Of a DNA stretch of 64,000 nt, positions 27,176 through 36,809 are shown in pieces. The DNA lies in IMG/VR virus record IMGVR_UViG_3300034095_001474, positions 96,001-160,000 of that record; one strand, written 5' to 3'. Below the pieces are notes generated by a model. That model was not told where the DNA came from and made no database searches. It saw nothing but the letters and a program-made list of their open reading frames with translations. Positions within the stretch are counted from its first letter, which is position 1; the number at the start of each line of letters is the position of its first letter. The stretch is from a virus (lineage: Duplodnaviria; Caudoviricetes). The position numbers and the translations under genes were made by a program.

Positions 27176-27397
27176 TCAATCATTCATCAACACAATTTGT
27201 GCTTCTTCGAGAGGCATGTGTGTCTGCTGTTTCCATTGGTTGTCTCTGTAGTTCTTCCAACTCTTATGGTCAGAATTTCTATTTCTGTTACAACCTCTGT
27301 GTGGTGCACAAATTGGACACCCCAATATTTCTTCTCTAACAGTCATTTTATACACTCTGCTGTTGTTCGTGTGTTTTTTCTCGTCTTTTTTTCTCAT
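27176..27397 (-). CDS. Small basic protein (CPIC...C, SWKNYR..QWK)
   Basis: ORF track. Confidence 0.55.
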   Translation of the reverse strand: MRKKDEKKHTNNSRVYKMTVREEILGCPICAPHRGCNRNRNSDHKSWKNYRDNQWKQQTHMPLEEAQIVLMND

Positions 27398-27468
27398 AAT
27401 TTAAGTGTTAAGCATGTGCTTCACCTAAATCGAGTTCCTTTTCTAGTTTTCATATTCTTCATTTTTAG

Positions 27469-27541
27469 TAGGGGTAGAGGGATTCGAACCCCCGACCTAT
27501 TGCATGTAAGGCAATTGCTGCTACCGCTGAGCTATACCCCT
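27469..27541 (-). tRNA. tRNA-Val(TAC)
   Basis: ATTGC-CT TAC AT-GCAAT. Confidence 0.92.
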
Positions 27542-27731
27542 ATTTTTCTTTATCTTTAATCATATTTGTTGCACAACACTCATATAGTTCTGCTATGTTT
27601 TTTCTTTTATCACCTGGATATGTTGTTAATCCATCTAACAAACCACTATCAATCCATTTCTGAATCATTTCTTCACGTCTGTTTTTCATACGTTCAATAT
27701 TGTCTGATATTGAGTGACCTAAGTTTTCCAT
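27540..27731 (-). CDS. Small protein resembling the N-terminal segment of a gp23-like major capsid protein
   Basis: KWIDSGLLDGL...NIAELYE. Confidence 0.5.
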   Translation of the reverse strand: MENLGHSISDNIERMKNRREEMIQKWIDSGLLDGLTTYPGDKRKNIAELYECCATNMIKDKEK

Positions 27732-27745
27732 ATTCTTAATTTTTG

Positions 27746-27818
27746 TTGGCCTGGGGAATTTCGAAATCCCGACTTCTGCCATGTAAAAGCAGCACTCTTG
27801 CCTCTGAGTTACAGTCCA
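27746..27818 (-). tRNA. tRNA-Val(TAC)
   Basis: CTGCT-TT TAC AT-GGCAG. Confidence 0.85.
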
Positions 27819-27830
27819 AGGTGATGGGGT

Positions 27831-28094
27831 TTAATTACCCCATCTTATTGTGTTATTTGCAATTGCTTTTCGAATATATCTCATTAGCGTAATTGCTTTA
27901 TATGTTCTTTCAAAGCTTGACTCACCAATATCTTCAGTATTGGTTGTATCAATTGGGAACTCATATTTATACTTATCAGTTTGAACTGTGTAATATAAGT
28001 TACCTTCTTTGTAGTATGCGAACTCTGCTGTCGTTCCTTTTACTATTTCTGTAATCGTTTGTGGTACTACCACTGTTTCGTTAACTGTATCCAT
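27831..28094 (-). CDS. Hypothetical phage protein
   Basis: ORF track. Confidence 0.6.
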   Translation of the reverse strand: MDTVNETVVVPQTITEIVKGTTAEFAYYKEGNLYYTVQTDKYKYEFPIDTTNTEDIGESSFERTYKAITLMRYIRKAIANNTIRWGN

Positions 28095-28404
28095 TTTCTT
28101 TTTTATATTTTTCGTGCATTAAATGTATTGTATGGTAAGGACTTCCACCTTTACCTTCAACTATTTCATTGAAACCGTTTTCTTTGGTTATAACAGATTC
28201 TTCAGCTTTGATAGAACCTCTGAATTTATCACCATAACTTCCAGAAACTGTTTTGGTTGCTGGGTCTATATCACCCCAAGAACTTCTAAAGTTTCTAGGT
28301 TCAATAAATTCAACAAAATACTGCTTACCAGTTTGAATATACGTAATCACTTCTCTTCCAGTTTCATCTCTGTTAACTAGGAAATTCTTTCTAACATTTG
28401 TCAT
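28081..28404 (-). CDS. Hypothetical phage protein
   Basis: ORF track. Confidence 0.6.
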   Translation of the reverse strand: MTNVRKNFLVNRDETGREVITYIQTGKQYFVEFIEPRNFRSSWGDIDPATKTVSGSYGDKFRGSIKAEESVITKENGFNEIVEGKGGSPYHTIHLMHEKYKKENGYS

Positions 28405-28584
28405 AACATTTTTTTTTACTTTCTTTTAGTCTTTAACAACTTTTTTATTATTTTTCCCCAATTGAATGAATTATCCAATTTTACTACATTTGGTCTCATG
28501 ATTTCTCTAGACCCTTTGATATTCCCCGACATCACTTTTTTTCCTTCTTCGTTTCTTTCTGTTTTCATATTTTATTTGTTTTAG

Positions 28585-28657
28585 AACACCTAGTTGGATT
28601 CGAACCAACGCATAACGGTTTTGCAAACCGCCCCCTTAACCACTTGAGCATAGGTGC
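28585..28657 (-). tRNA. tRNA-Cys(GCA)
   Basis: GCGGT-TT GCA AA-ACCGT, U73. Confidence 0.92.
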
Positions 28658-28659
28658 AT

Positions 28660-28692
28660 AAAAAAAGCCCATCTAAATTGTTAGATGGGCTT
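28660..28692 (-). terminator. Attenuator terminator of tRNA operon 3
   Basis: AGCCCATCTAA-CAAT-TTAGATGGGCT plus a U tract. Confidence 0.88.
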
Positions 28693-28721
28693 CATATTGT
28701 TTTTGTTATTTAAGTCAAACA

Positions 28722-28796
28722 CTAACAAACATAGCCCACCCCGTCTACTGCAAGTAAACATAATAAAAGGACGTGTAATGTGTTAATTGTTTTCAT
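28722..28796 (-). CDS. Leader peptide of tRNA operon 3 (L/V/C)
   Basis: MKTINTLHVLLLCLLAVDGVGYVC; GGTGGGCT complementary to AGCCCATC. Confidence 0.8.
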   Translation of the reverse strand: MKTINTLHVLLLCLLAVDGVGYVC

Positions 28797-28846
28797 AATT
28801 TTTCTTTTTGTTTCTATTAAATATACCCCTATTTCTAAAAGTTACA

Positions 28847-28877
28847 CAAATGTACGACATTTATTTCAATTTGTCAA
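28847..28877 (-). promoter_or_regulatory. Bacteroidota-type promoter for tRNA operon 3
   Basis: TTGACA...TACATTTG, then AACTTTTAGAAA...ATATTTAA. Confidence 0.8.
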
Positions 28878-28939
28878 GTCTTTTCGTATTTATTTTTATT
28901 TTTTATTGACTATATGGTAAATATTATCTATAATTGAAT

Positions 28940-29263
28940 ATGGGATATGTTTATTTATTTTTAGAGGTTGATAAAGAAGGTAATGAAGCTTATAAGATTG
29001 GTATTACTAAAAATGAGCCAATCAAACGAGTGAAACAATTGCAAACTGGTAATTCACGCAAATTGACTTACCTTAAATCTTATAAATCAGAAAACTACTT
29101 AAAAGTAGAACGTTTTTTACATAGAAAATATATGATAAAAACTGAAGCTGAAAATGAATGGAGAACTCTTACTGATGAACAAGTTATTTCATTCATTAAA
29201 GATTGTGAGGAAGCTGATGAAAATATCAACTTCCTTTTAAAAAACAATCATTTTTATAAGTGA
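28940..29263 (+). CDS. GIY-YIG/T5orf172-like nuclease
   Basis: GYVY...YKIGITK...RVKQLQTGN...ENEW. Confidence 0.8.
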   Translation: MGYVYLFLEVDKEGNEAYKIGITKNEPIKRVKQLQTGNSRKLTYLKSYKSENYLKVERFLHRKYMIKTEAENEWRTLTDEQVISFIKDCEEADENINFLLKNNHFYK

Positions 29264-30429
29264 TAGAATTCTCTTCTAATCTTAATCAACAACTTGTTAA
29301 CCAATTCTGGGTCAATACCTTTAGGTAAATCAGATTCATCAAAAATCCTATCCATCTCTTTGATTTCAGCTTCTGCTGTATCAATAAGTGAATCTAAATC
29401 AATTTCGCCTCTACGAATAGACAATAGATATTCTCTATCTGGTCGTCTTACAATGATTCCTTCACCACGTCCAATTTCTTGTGACATTCTAATAAGTCTC
29501 ATACAATGCATCATATTCTTACCATCAATTTGTTGTCCATGTTTAACCGTATCAACGTATCTTGCAGTGTTTCTATTCTCAACCCATTCCATATATTCTT
29601 TATAGTCCTTGCAGTGAGCTGTATACCCATCTTTGTTGAACATGATGTTACAGATAGGTGTTTCACCCTTTGGAATACTTGATAAACGTAATTGATTGGA
29701 TTCAGCAGCATTATCAGAACCGCCAACCTTAGCAAGAGCCTTATAACCAAATCCCATCGCTTTACCTTGTGATTTTAACTCATTCTTCATAAATTCTCTT
29801 TGTTCTTCACTAAAAAACTCACCAAAACAAGCAGCCGCAATATTATCGTAAAAAACAGCATATAAATCTTTTGCGTGTGGAACATTGGTAATACCTAAGA
29901 ATTTTTCTTCATAACCCAGACCTTCACACCATTTTTTCCATGGAACTGATTGTTCACCTTGAATAACATAACAGAAATCCAACACATCTTTACGAGTAAC
30001 TGAACCTTGTTCTATGTTTTGTTTCTTGTTAAGACCTCTAGCTTTAGATATTTGTTGTACAGCATACCCACCAAATGAGTTCTTACACCCTTTGGTGATA
30101 AAATCAGCCTTGTGGTCCAATACATATTGAAACAATGGATGTTTTGTAATGATACAATCTTCTGGTGTGTTTAATAACTCCAATACTGTCGGATTTGAGC
30201 TTCCCATTAGTTCTAAGAACCTTTTAAGTTCCCAACCAGTATAATCCTTGTTTACGTTTAATTGTTCAACGTAACCAGTCCCTAAGATGTAATCTTGTGG
30301 TAAGATATATACAAACTTCTTATCAACATCAGATGTTGGAGTTTGTGTTCCATATGCTTGTGACCCAATGATACATTCAAATAGGATAAGCCCGTTTTGT
30401 TCTAAGTATTCGTGTGTAATCTTTTCCAT
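29254..30429 (-). CDS. RlaP-like (Pol-beta) nucleotidyltransferase
   Basis: IGSQAYGT.TPTSDVD, NPTVLELL, DGKNMMHCMRL, LLSIRRG. Confidence 0.8.
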   Translation of the reverse strand: MEKITHEYLEQNGLILFECIIGSQAYGTQTPTSDVDKKFVYILPQDYILGTGYVEQLNVNKDYTGWELKRFLELMGSSNPTVLELLNTPEDCIITKHPLFQYVLDHKADFITKGCKNSFGGYAVQQISKARGLNKKQNIEQGSVTRKDVLDFCYVIQGEQSVPWKKWCEGLGYEEKFLGITNVPHAKDLYAVFYDNIAAACFGEFFSEEQREFMKNELKSQGKAMGFGYKALAKVGGSDNAAESNQLRLSSIPKGETPICNIMFNKDGYTAHCKDYKEYMEWVENRNTARYVDTVKHGQQIDGKNMMHCMRLIRMSQEIGRGEGIIVRRPDREYLLSIRRGEIDLDSLIDTAEAEIKEMDRIFDESDLPKGIDPELVNKLLIKIRREFYHL

Positions 30430-30672
30430 TTATTTTAATATTACTTTTTTACAAATATATCTAACTAATGCACCATCATGGTCATATAGTTTAAAAAATT
30501 CACCAGTTAGTTCATGCAATTCCCACTCTCGTCTTTTTATATAGCTACCTCTATCGCCTTCATCAAAGAATGATTTACATTCATCCAGCGTTTTAAAACA
30601 TTCATCATAAACTGTAGTACTACCGTTTTTATTGTTGTAATAGTTTATTGTTATTGGTATAAATAATTCCAT
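30430..30672 (-). CDS. Hypothetical protein
   Basis: ORF track. Confidence 0.5.
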   Translation of the reverse strand: MELFIPITINYYNNKNGSTTVYDECFKTLDECKSFFDEGDRGSYIKRREWELHELTGEFFKLYDHDGALVRYICKKVILK

Positions 30673-30711
30673 TTCTCTTTATTTTTAACAAAGGTAAGTA
30701 TAATATTCCAA

Positions 30712-31176
30712 TTATCCTAAATTATTCAAATATCTTTTATATAATCTACAAGTACCAGAACTATTAAATAATTTACCTTTTACTGTTTTATAACCATTTT
30801 TGTTTAAAATGTCAGCTATCTTATCGTAAGAATAACCTTTATTTCTACCATCAACAACAACAACCATAGCTTTTTTATTATTTTCATTGTCTAAAGCTTT
30901 TTGTTTAATAGCTCTATTACCCTTATCTTTAGCTTCTTGAGTCAAGTTTTCTGGTTTACCTAACTTCACACCACGAGCTTTAGCTTTTTGTAATCCCTCA
31001 ATTGTTAACCGTTTATGGTCTGGTCTATTTTTTAATCCATGAACCTTACAGTGACATTCAACACATAATGGTATTGTTTTAGTACCACCTCGAACTCTAG
31101 GTATTACATGGTGCATTTCACCATAAGGTTCACCACATTCAAAACAAATATCTGTATCAATTGTTATTATAGCCAT
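30712..31176 (-). CDS. HNH endonuclease with a recombinase-like HTH tail
   Basis: CFEC...HHVIPR..GG...LCVECH; KARGVKLG; IADILN. Confidence 0.75.
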   Translation of the reverse strand: MAIITIDTDICFECGEPYGEMHHVIPRVRGGTKTIPLCVECHCKVHGLKNRPDHKRLTIEGLQKAKARGVKLGKPENLTQEAKDKGNRAIKQKALDNENNKKAMVVVVDGRNKGYSYDKIADILNKNGYKTVKGKLFNSSGTCRLYKRYLNNLG

Positions 31177-31177
31177 A

Positions 31178-31402
31178 TTACCCTAAAAATTCTTTCAATT
31201 CTTTTTCTAATTGTTCATATATGTTATCTCTAACAACACTATCATCAACACCCCATCTAATCGCATCATCTTTTATGTGTTGAGGTAACATCTCGAATAC
31301 TTTCAATAGTTGCTCATGATTCAACGATACATCTGTCAAATCAAATACTGTGTCATGTAGTGAATCAAAATCACCTTCTTCCCATTCTATTGTAATTTTC
31401 AT
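31178..31402 (-). CDS. Hypothetical protein
   Basis: ORF track. Confidence 0.55.
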   Translation of the reverse strand: MKITIEWEEGDFDSLHDTVFDLTDVSLNHEQLLKVFEMLPQHIKDDAIRWGVDDSVVRDNIYEQLEKELKEFLG

Positions 31403-31450
31403 TTCTTTTTATTTTTAACAAAGGTATGTAAAATAATTCAATCTACCAAA

Positions 31451-31990
31451 TTAATTTGTAATAAAACCTTTTTTAATACAATCATGTATGTATGTTGAGT
31501 GGAATATGTTCTTTTCATTGGCATATCCCATTGACATATGCAATCCAAAGTGTGGTCTACCCAAATTTATCTCTGCTCTTATCTCATGCAGCACCTCTCT
31601 TTCATCATTTGGTATGTTTAACCACCATGAACGGTCATCTGTTCTAGGGTTTAGGTCCAATACTATCTCTATTTGTTTACCATCCCATTTTTTCTTGCAT
31701 TCTTCCCAAGATTTTAACGCAGCTTCTTCAGATATAGTTCCGTTTTGTGTTAAATCTCTCATACTATCGTTGATAAATGATATGTGAGCACCCCTTAGTG
31801 GTTTGTTTAGTGTGATACTATATCTACGTTGTAAAAACCAAGCATAGTATTCACATATATCACCATCAATAAACACCATAGCAACCTTCTTCCAAGATGC
31901 TTGGTCCTTGTGTTTACGTGTGTAGTCCTCTGGTTCGAATCCAATAGTTCCATATAACGTTATTCTTTCTTGCATTTTCTCTTTGTTCAT
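31451..31990 (-). CDS. 2H-phosphoesterase-like protein
   Basis: Two HxS motifs, AHISF and LHMSM. Confidence 0.55.
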   Translation of the reverse strand: MNKEKMQERITLYGTIGFEPEDYTRKHKDQASWKKVAMVFIDGDICEYYAWFLQRRYSITLNKPLRGAHISFINDSMRDLTQNGTISEEAALKSWEECKKKWDGKQIEIVLDLNPRTDDRSWWLNIPNDEREVLHEIRAEINLGRPHFGLHMSMGYANEKNIFHSTYIHDCIKKGFITN

Positions 31991-32486
31991 ATGTTGAGGT
32001 TATGAATCCTTTTTGTGGTGAAAAATTCATTGGATTATAAATAGTTGGTGTTGTTGTAACACCAACACATTCTAGTATTTCAAAAAAATCTTCTTTATGT
32101 TTAATTTGTCCTTTTAAATCTTTTAAAATTTGTGCATCAATTTCTTTGGCTATCTCATCACTTAATATTTTAATAAGTTCAGCTTCAGCATCCATTACAC
32201 CATACCTTTGTAAATCAGTGATTTTATCAAATGACCATGTAGCTAGTAATTTTCTAGAACCTAATGAAAGATTATATGCGTTTTCATCATAACCCTTTGA
32301 ATAATACCAATCTTTTAAAGTATCATGAGTAAAATCTACATCATGACAAAATATCTTAACTAAATATTCTAGTAAGTTAACACCCCATTCTTGCTCATGC
32401 TGTTTATTAAAGAAAATACCTTCTTTTACAAAGTAATATCTATCTAAATATTTTACGATTTCTTCTTGTCTTTCAAAATTTTCCAT
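31914..32486 (-). CDS. Protein with a gp23 major-capsid-like segment
   Basis: MDAEAELIKILSDEIAKEIDAQIL. Confidence 0.5.
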   Translation of the reverse strand: MENFERQEEIVKYLDRYYFVKEGIFFNKQHEQEWGVNLLEYLVKIFCHDVDFTHDTLKDWYYSKGYDENAYNLSLGSRKLLATWSFDKITDLQRYGVMDAEAELIKILSDEIAKEIDAQILKDLKGQIKHKEDFFEILECVGVTTTPTIYNPMNFSPQKGFITSTYEQRENARKNNVIWNYWIRTRGLHT

Positions 32487-32522
32487 ACATAAATATAAGG
32501 AAAATTTTGAAAAAATCAAGGT

Positions 32523-33236
32523 TTAAGCTAATCTAAGTGGTCTTAAATAATCTCTAAGAAATGCGTTGACTGGACCACCAATCTTTTCTTCCCAATGTTT
32601 ATAGTTAGAAGCATTCTTTTCTTCCAATTGAGACAAAGCTTTCTCAGATGGTTTATGTCTACTATATGGTATTGTTTCTGGAACAAAGTCTGGATACAAC
32701 GTTCTATTGAATACCCTTTCATCAACCAAGAACACAAAAGCTGTCAATTGGTCACCCAAATCTGGTTCATGGAACCCTTGCAGATATACACCAACTTCAT
32801 GCATCGTATTCATATGAGTATTCAATGTGCCTAATCTTTCTGGGTTGTTGTTGGTAGTACCACCATTAAGAATGATAAAAGTTTTATCTTTGTCAGCCCA
32901 TTTTTTATAGATTGCGTTATGTGGATTAATATCTTCAACAGTTCTACCATAATCAACAACAGCATGTCCAAATTGGATACCTTGTTGAATTGGAGACATA
33001 TTGTAAGGTACAAGACCATACATTCTATATTCCAAATACATTTCAGTTTTACGTGGCATTGAATTAGTTTTTACACGACATAACTCAATACGTCTGTAGA
33101 ATTCTTGTACATCAATTTTCTCTTCATAATAAGAGTCAGTATAAAACGCCCAATCAGTTTCCCATGATGACATATCGATTATTCTCATGTTGGCATCTAA
33201 ACACCAATCATATCCAGTTTTAAGTATTTTTTCCAT
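32523..33236 (-). CDS. PTH2-like peptidyl-tRNA hydrolase domain protein
   Basis: QQGIQFGHA, TFIILNGG, FHEPDLGDQLTA. Confidence 0.6.
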   Translation of the reverse strand: MEKILKTGYDWCLDANMRIIDMSSWETDWAFYTDSYYEEKIDVQEFYRRIELCRVKTNSMPRKTEMYLEYRMYGLVPYNMSPIQQGIQFGHAVVDYGRTVEDINPHNAIYKKWADKDKTFIILNGGTTNNNPERLGTLNTHMNTMHEVGVYLQGFHEPDLGDQLTAFVFLVDERVFNRTLYPDFVPETIPYSRHKPSEKALSQLEEKNASNYKHWEEKIGGPVNAFLRDYLRPLRLA

Positions 33237-34543
33237 TAGTTTCCTATTTCAATTAAGTGTGATATAGTACATTGTTCTGCTCTATATATAATATATTCGT
33301 TATTTCTTAAATCAGCACCACCTTTAGCAAACACACTGTTATAACCTTCATTGTCCATTACTTTTTGTGATAATTTATAACAGCTAGAATCGTGATGCAG
33401 TATTTCTTTTTCTTTCCCTAAATGAACATCATACAATGCCAAATAAGCTTTATTGTCACCACCATTAGCCCAATAAGAACCTCTCAATGATGAGTAACCA
33501 ATTGATTTCTGTGCTTTATCAGCAAAATAGATACCATCACCAAACATTGAACCAGTATGTACTGCACCAGAAGGTCTGATAAGCAATCCACTTTGCATAA
33601 TGTTAAACCAGTTCTCATTTCTGGAACCATGCCAGTAAAGTCTTTTCTTTTTAACGTCAGCTTTCTCCAAGTTTTTATCAAATTTAACTTGTGTTTTGTT
33701 ATTTCTAACTTTGAACACTTTTTTGATTTGATTAACATTTGAACCCATCAATTTTTTAATAAGTGCTAACATTTCAGTATCGTTTTCAACTTCAACTGTT
33801 AATCCCATTTGGTCAAGGATAGTTACATCTTCAACAACTTCTTCTTCACCTTTGGCTTCAGCTTCAGCAGCTTTTTTAGCAGCATCTCTTTGTTGTTTAA
33901 TCAACTCAACTTGTCCAGCCATCGTATCCAATGCTGATTGTTCATTATCAATCAACCTTTGAGCACTAGTCAAACTACCATCATCCTCAATACCACTAAA
34001 CAAGTAGTCTTTAACATTATCCATTCTTCTTGGGATAATAGTATATAATTTCAATAACATATCATTGATATGTTTGATATCAACACCTATTTGTATCAAC
34101 CCACTAATATTGGTAATAACCTCTTGTGCAGCTCTTACTTGTTGTTCAGATACAGCTTCTTGAGTTACCTTATAGTTTCTTTGGATTGATTTGTTAGCAA
34201 ATGACATTAAATCATCAATCAATTTCTTAACAATATCATCTTTTATGTTCTCAACCTTGTTATCCAATGGTTTTGATTCATCAATAACTGGTTCAGCTAG
34301 TAAATCAGTAACATCAGTATAACCTTTTGTTTTGGATAATTTCTGTTTCAACACACTATCCCACTTGCTGCTAGGTTTATATTCTTCAACCAAAGACTTA
34401 CCAACACGTCCATATTCACATTTGATACGTCCATCTGTCAATTCCTCCATAATATAAACCTTGTTACTGTTTCCAGTACTGCCATTATCCACTGATACGT
34501 GGATAAGTTTGGCATATCTTAAACCATTTTCCTTTGTTATCAT
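33236..34543 (-). CDS. Poly(ADP-ribose) polymerase-like protein (WGR + regulatory + catalytic domains)
   Basis: NKVYIM...YGRVG; YTIIPR; WHGSR...GSMFGDGIYFAD...KSIGY...NEYIIY (H-Y-E triad). Confidence 0.9.
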   Translation of the reverse strand: MITKENGLRYAKLIHVSVDNGSTGNSNKVYIMEELTDGRIKCEYGRVGKSLVEEYKPSSKWDSVLKQKLSKTKGYTDVTDLLAEPVIDESKPLDNKVENIKDDIVKKLIDDLMSFANKSIQRNYKVTQEAVSEQQVRAAQEVITNISGLIQIGVDIKHINDMLLKLYTIIPRRMDNVKDYLFSGIEDDGSLTSAQRLIDNEQSALDTMAGQVELIKQQRDAAKKAAEAEAKGEEEVVEDVTILDQMGLTVEVENDTEMLALIKKLMGSNVNQIKKVFKVRNNKTQVKFDKNLEKADVKKKRLYWHGSRNENWFNIMQSGLLIRPSGAVHTGSMFGDGIYFADKAQKSIGYSSLRGSYWANGGDNKAYLALYDVHLGKEKEILHHDSSCYKLSQKVMDNEGYNSVFAKGGADLRNNEYIIYRAEQCTISHLIEIGN

Positions 34544-34600
34544 AATAAAACCATTTTAATAATACAAATGTAGCATTATTTTTTTAATAAAACAAATTTT

Positions 34601-35089
34601 TTAGAATAAATCGTCTAAATTTTCTGGTGCATCAGCGACTACATGTTTTTTCCACCAAGTTTTTAGCTTTCTTTTCATTTTAATTCTGAAAATATACCAA
34701 CTCCATGCTATGTTAGCTACTTTTCTACCTAACCAAGTATAGTTTGCGAAACCTTCTTCATCATATTCGTATTCAGCACATGGATATGGTCTACCACGTT
34801 CATCTAAATACTGCCAATAACCTTCTTCCTTGGTAATAGCACCTTCATAATCATCAGCTTCTTTCTCAACCCATCTCCAATCTTTACCTTCCACACCCTC
34901 TGGTTCATCAGTAGGTAATCCTTCTTGAGGTAACCCATAGTTCCAATTGCATGAACATCCTACATCTTCTGGTGATGAAATACAATCATCACAGATATAA
35001 GGACTATCACCGTTGGCATAACCTGGCATGTATACCCATACAGCCATTTTACCACAGTCACATTTCTTTTTACCACGCTCTAGTATCAT
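34601..35089 (-). CDS. Hypothetical Cys-rich protein
   Basis: ORF track. Confidence 0.6.
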   Translation of the reverse strand: MILERGKKKCDCGKMAVWVYMPGYANGDSPYICDDCISSPEDVGCSCNWNYGLPQEGLPTDEPEGVEGKDWRWVEKEADDYEGAITKEEGYWQYLDERGRPYPCAEYEYDEEGFANYTWLGRKVANIAWSWYIFRIKMKRKLKTWWKKHVVADAPENLDDLF

Positions 35090-35273
35090 CTTTGAATAGA
35101 TTTGGGTTATTCAACACAAAATTAAAGAAAACTGTTTGTAAACGTGTATCTACCATGAAACCATTCACGTATACAACACCATTTAGTATCTCAATTTCTT
35201 GACCAGCTGGTAATGACATATCTTTGCCAACTTCAGCAGCTTTTAACAGCTTATAAACTCCATTTTTTAACAT
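35070..35273 (-). CDS. Hypothetical protein
   Basis: ORF track. Confidence 0.55.
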   Translation of the reverse strand: MLKNGVYKLLKAAEVGKDMSLPAGQEIEILNGVVYVNGFMVDTRLQTVFFNFVLNNPNLFKDDTRAW

Positions 35274-36331
35274 ACTATAGTCAATTTAAAGAACATCTCT
35301 CTTACTTTTGTAGAGATGTATTTATTTACTTCTTTTGGTTCTACTTGGTTCTCAACCATAGTATCCATTTCTTCTTTGATAACGTCATTTACAACCCATC
35401 TAATAACATCACCCATCTTTTTAACATCGATTGGTTCTTGGTTAGGAAAAACGTTTTCCAATGCTTGATTAAAACGACTTTCTGTTACAGCGTAATCAAC
35501 AAACTTTTGAATACCATTTAATTTTTCAACATTAACATTCGCAAGTGTTTTAACTTTAGAACTAGAATGTTTTTCACCTTTCACCTTGAACCTATGTGTG
35601 TTACCTTTGAAATCAGCAGTCCAAACAATACCTTCACCAATTCCAGAAAAACCAAATGCTTTAGCAACTGGACATTCTTCTTCAACTTTGATAGTCAAAT
35701 TAGATAAGTCATTTTGTACCAATTGTGGCATATTGAAATCAATATCGATTGAATACGTTGGGTAGTCTTCGATGTTGTAAATATTATCCTCTGGACTAGA
35801 CAAGTAATGAGAAGGAATCCAATATGCTGGTTTAGCTTTCAATTCTTCCTCACTAGATGTATGTGGTGTTACCTTAACACCGAAGATAAAGAAAGATTTA
35901 GGTAAATTGGTAATACCAACACCTTTTTGAATGTTTCCACCACACCATTCACCATAAATAGTAACAGTATTATGTCTTACATCAAATAAATTTAATGAAT
36001 CGATTTGATTTGCAAATTTTCTAAATGCATGTTTCTTTGATTCAACAAAAAATGCAAATCCAGCGTTGTCTTTCTCTACTGTAATAATGTTCTCACGTGA
36101 TTGAGCCCAAAATTCGCTAGAATTTTCATCATAACCATAATCAAAAGATACACCAGCGTTTGTACCATGTAACTTTACTGTACCTTTGAACGTGATAACT
36201 GGTTTTGGTAAAGTTGGGTCATAAATTGCATCACCATTCTCATCCAAACCAACAAAATTGAAATGTCTATTGACATTAGATACAACTGTTCTAAATTGTT
36301 CAATAGACGGAAATTTAATCATTTTTTTCAT
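35267..36331 (-). CDS. RNA ligase, Rnl2-like
   Basis: KLHGTN (I), YGEWCG (III), GEGIV (IV), FKVK (V). Confidence 0.85.
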   Translation of the reverse strand: MKKMIKFPSIEQFRTVVSNVNRHFNFVGLDENGDAIYDPTLPKPVITFKGTVKLHGTNAGVSFDYGYDENSSEFWAQSRENIITVEKDNAGFAFFVESKKHAFRKFANQIDSLNLFDVRHNTVTIYGEWCGGNIQKGVGITNLPKSFFIFGVKVTPHTSSEEELKAKPAYWIPSHYLSSPEDNIYNIEDYPTYSIDIDFNMPQLVQNDLSNLTIKVEEECPVAKAFGFSGIGEGIVWTADFKGNTHRFKVKGEKHSSSKVKTLANVNVEKLNGIQKFVDYAVTESRFNQALENVFPNQEPIDVKKMGDVIRWVVNDVIKEEMDTMVENQVEPKEVNKYISTKVREMFFKLTIVC

Positions 36332-36335
36332 ATCC

Positions 36336-36797
36336 TTAAAAATTAAAAGTTATACTAGGAGTAACATAATCAACACCATCCCAGTTACTAAATGAAACAC
36401 CATATCCTAGTTTCTTATGTGTATAAGAAACACCAACACCATATTCAATAAAATTATGATTAGCGTTAAAGTAACCACCATAACCTAATATGATATTTCC
36501 ATATACTTTACCAATTGGAAAAGATGGAGATACTTTGAACTCATAGAAATAGTTACTCAATACATCATCATTTCTGAATATACCATCCAAACTACCACGA
36601 CCCAATACGATTGCTACCGCAACATCATGTTTAACCAAACCAAATTCTAACGAACTATATGAACCAGTGTTGAAGTCTGTGTTGTTTGATAAGGATAATC
36701 CCCATGAAACATACTTATTTACACTACATTTTGTTGAATCTTGTGCGAAAGTGCCGATAGCCCACATACACATTACTAATACTAATACTTTTTTCAT
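36336..36797 (-). CDS. Secreted or outer-membrane beta-strand protein
   Basis: Signal peptide, terminal aromatic ITFNF. Confidence 0.6.
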   Translation of the reverse strand: MKKVLVLVMCMWAIGTFAQDSTKCSVNKYVSWGLSLSNNTDFNTGSYSSLEFGLVKHDVAVAIVLGRGSLDGIFRNDDVLSNYFYEFKVSPSFPIGKVYGNIILGYGGYFNANHNFIEYGVGVSYTHKKLGYGVSFSNWDGVDYVTPSITFNF

Positions 36798-36809
36798 TTC
36801 TTTTTTACT

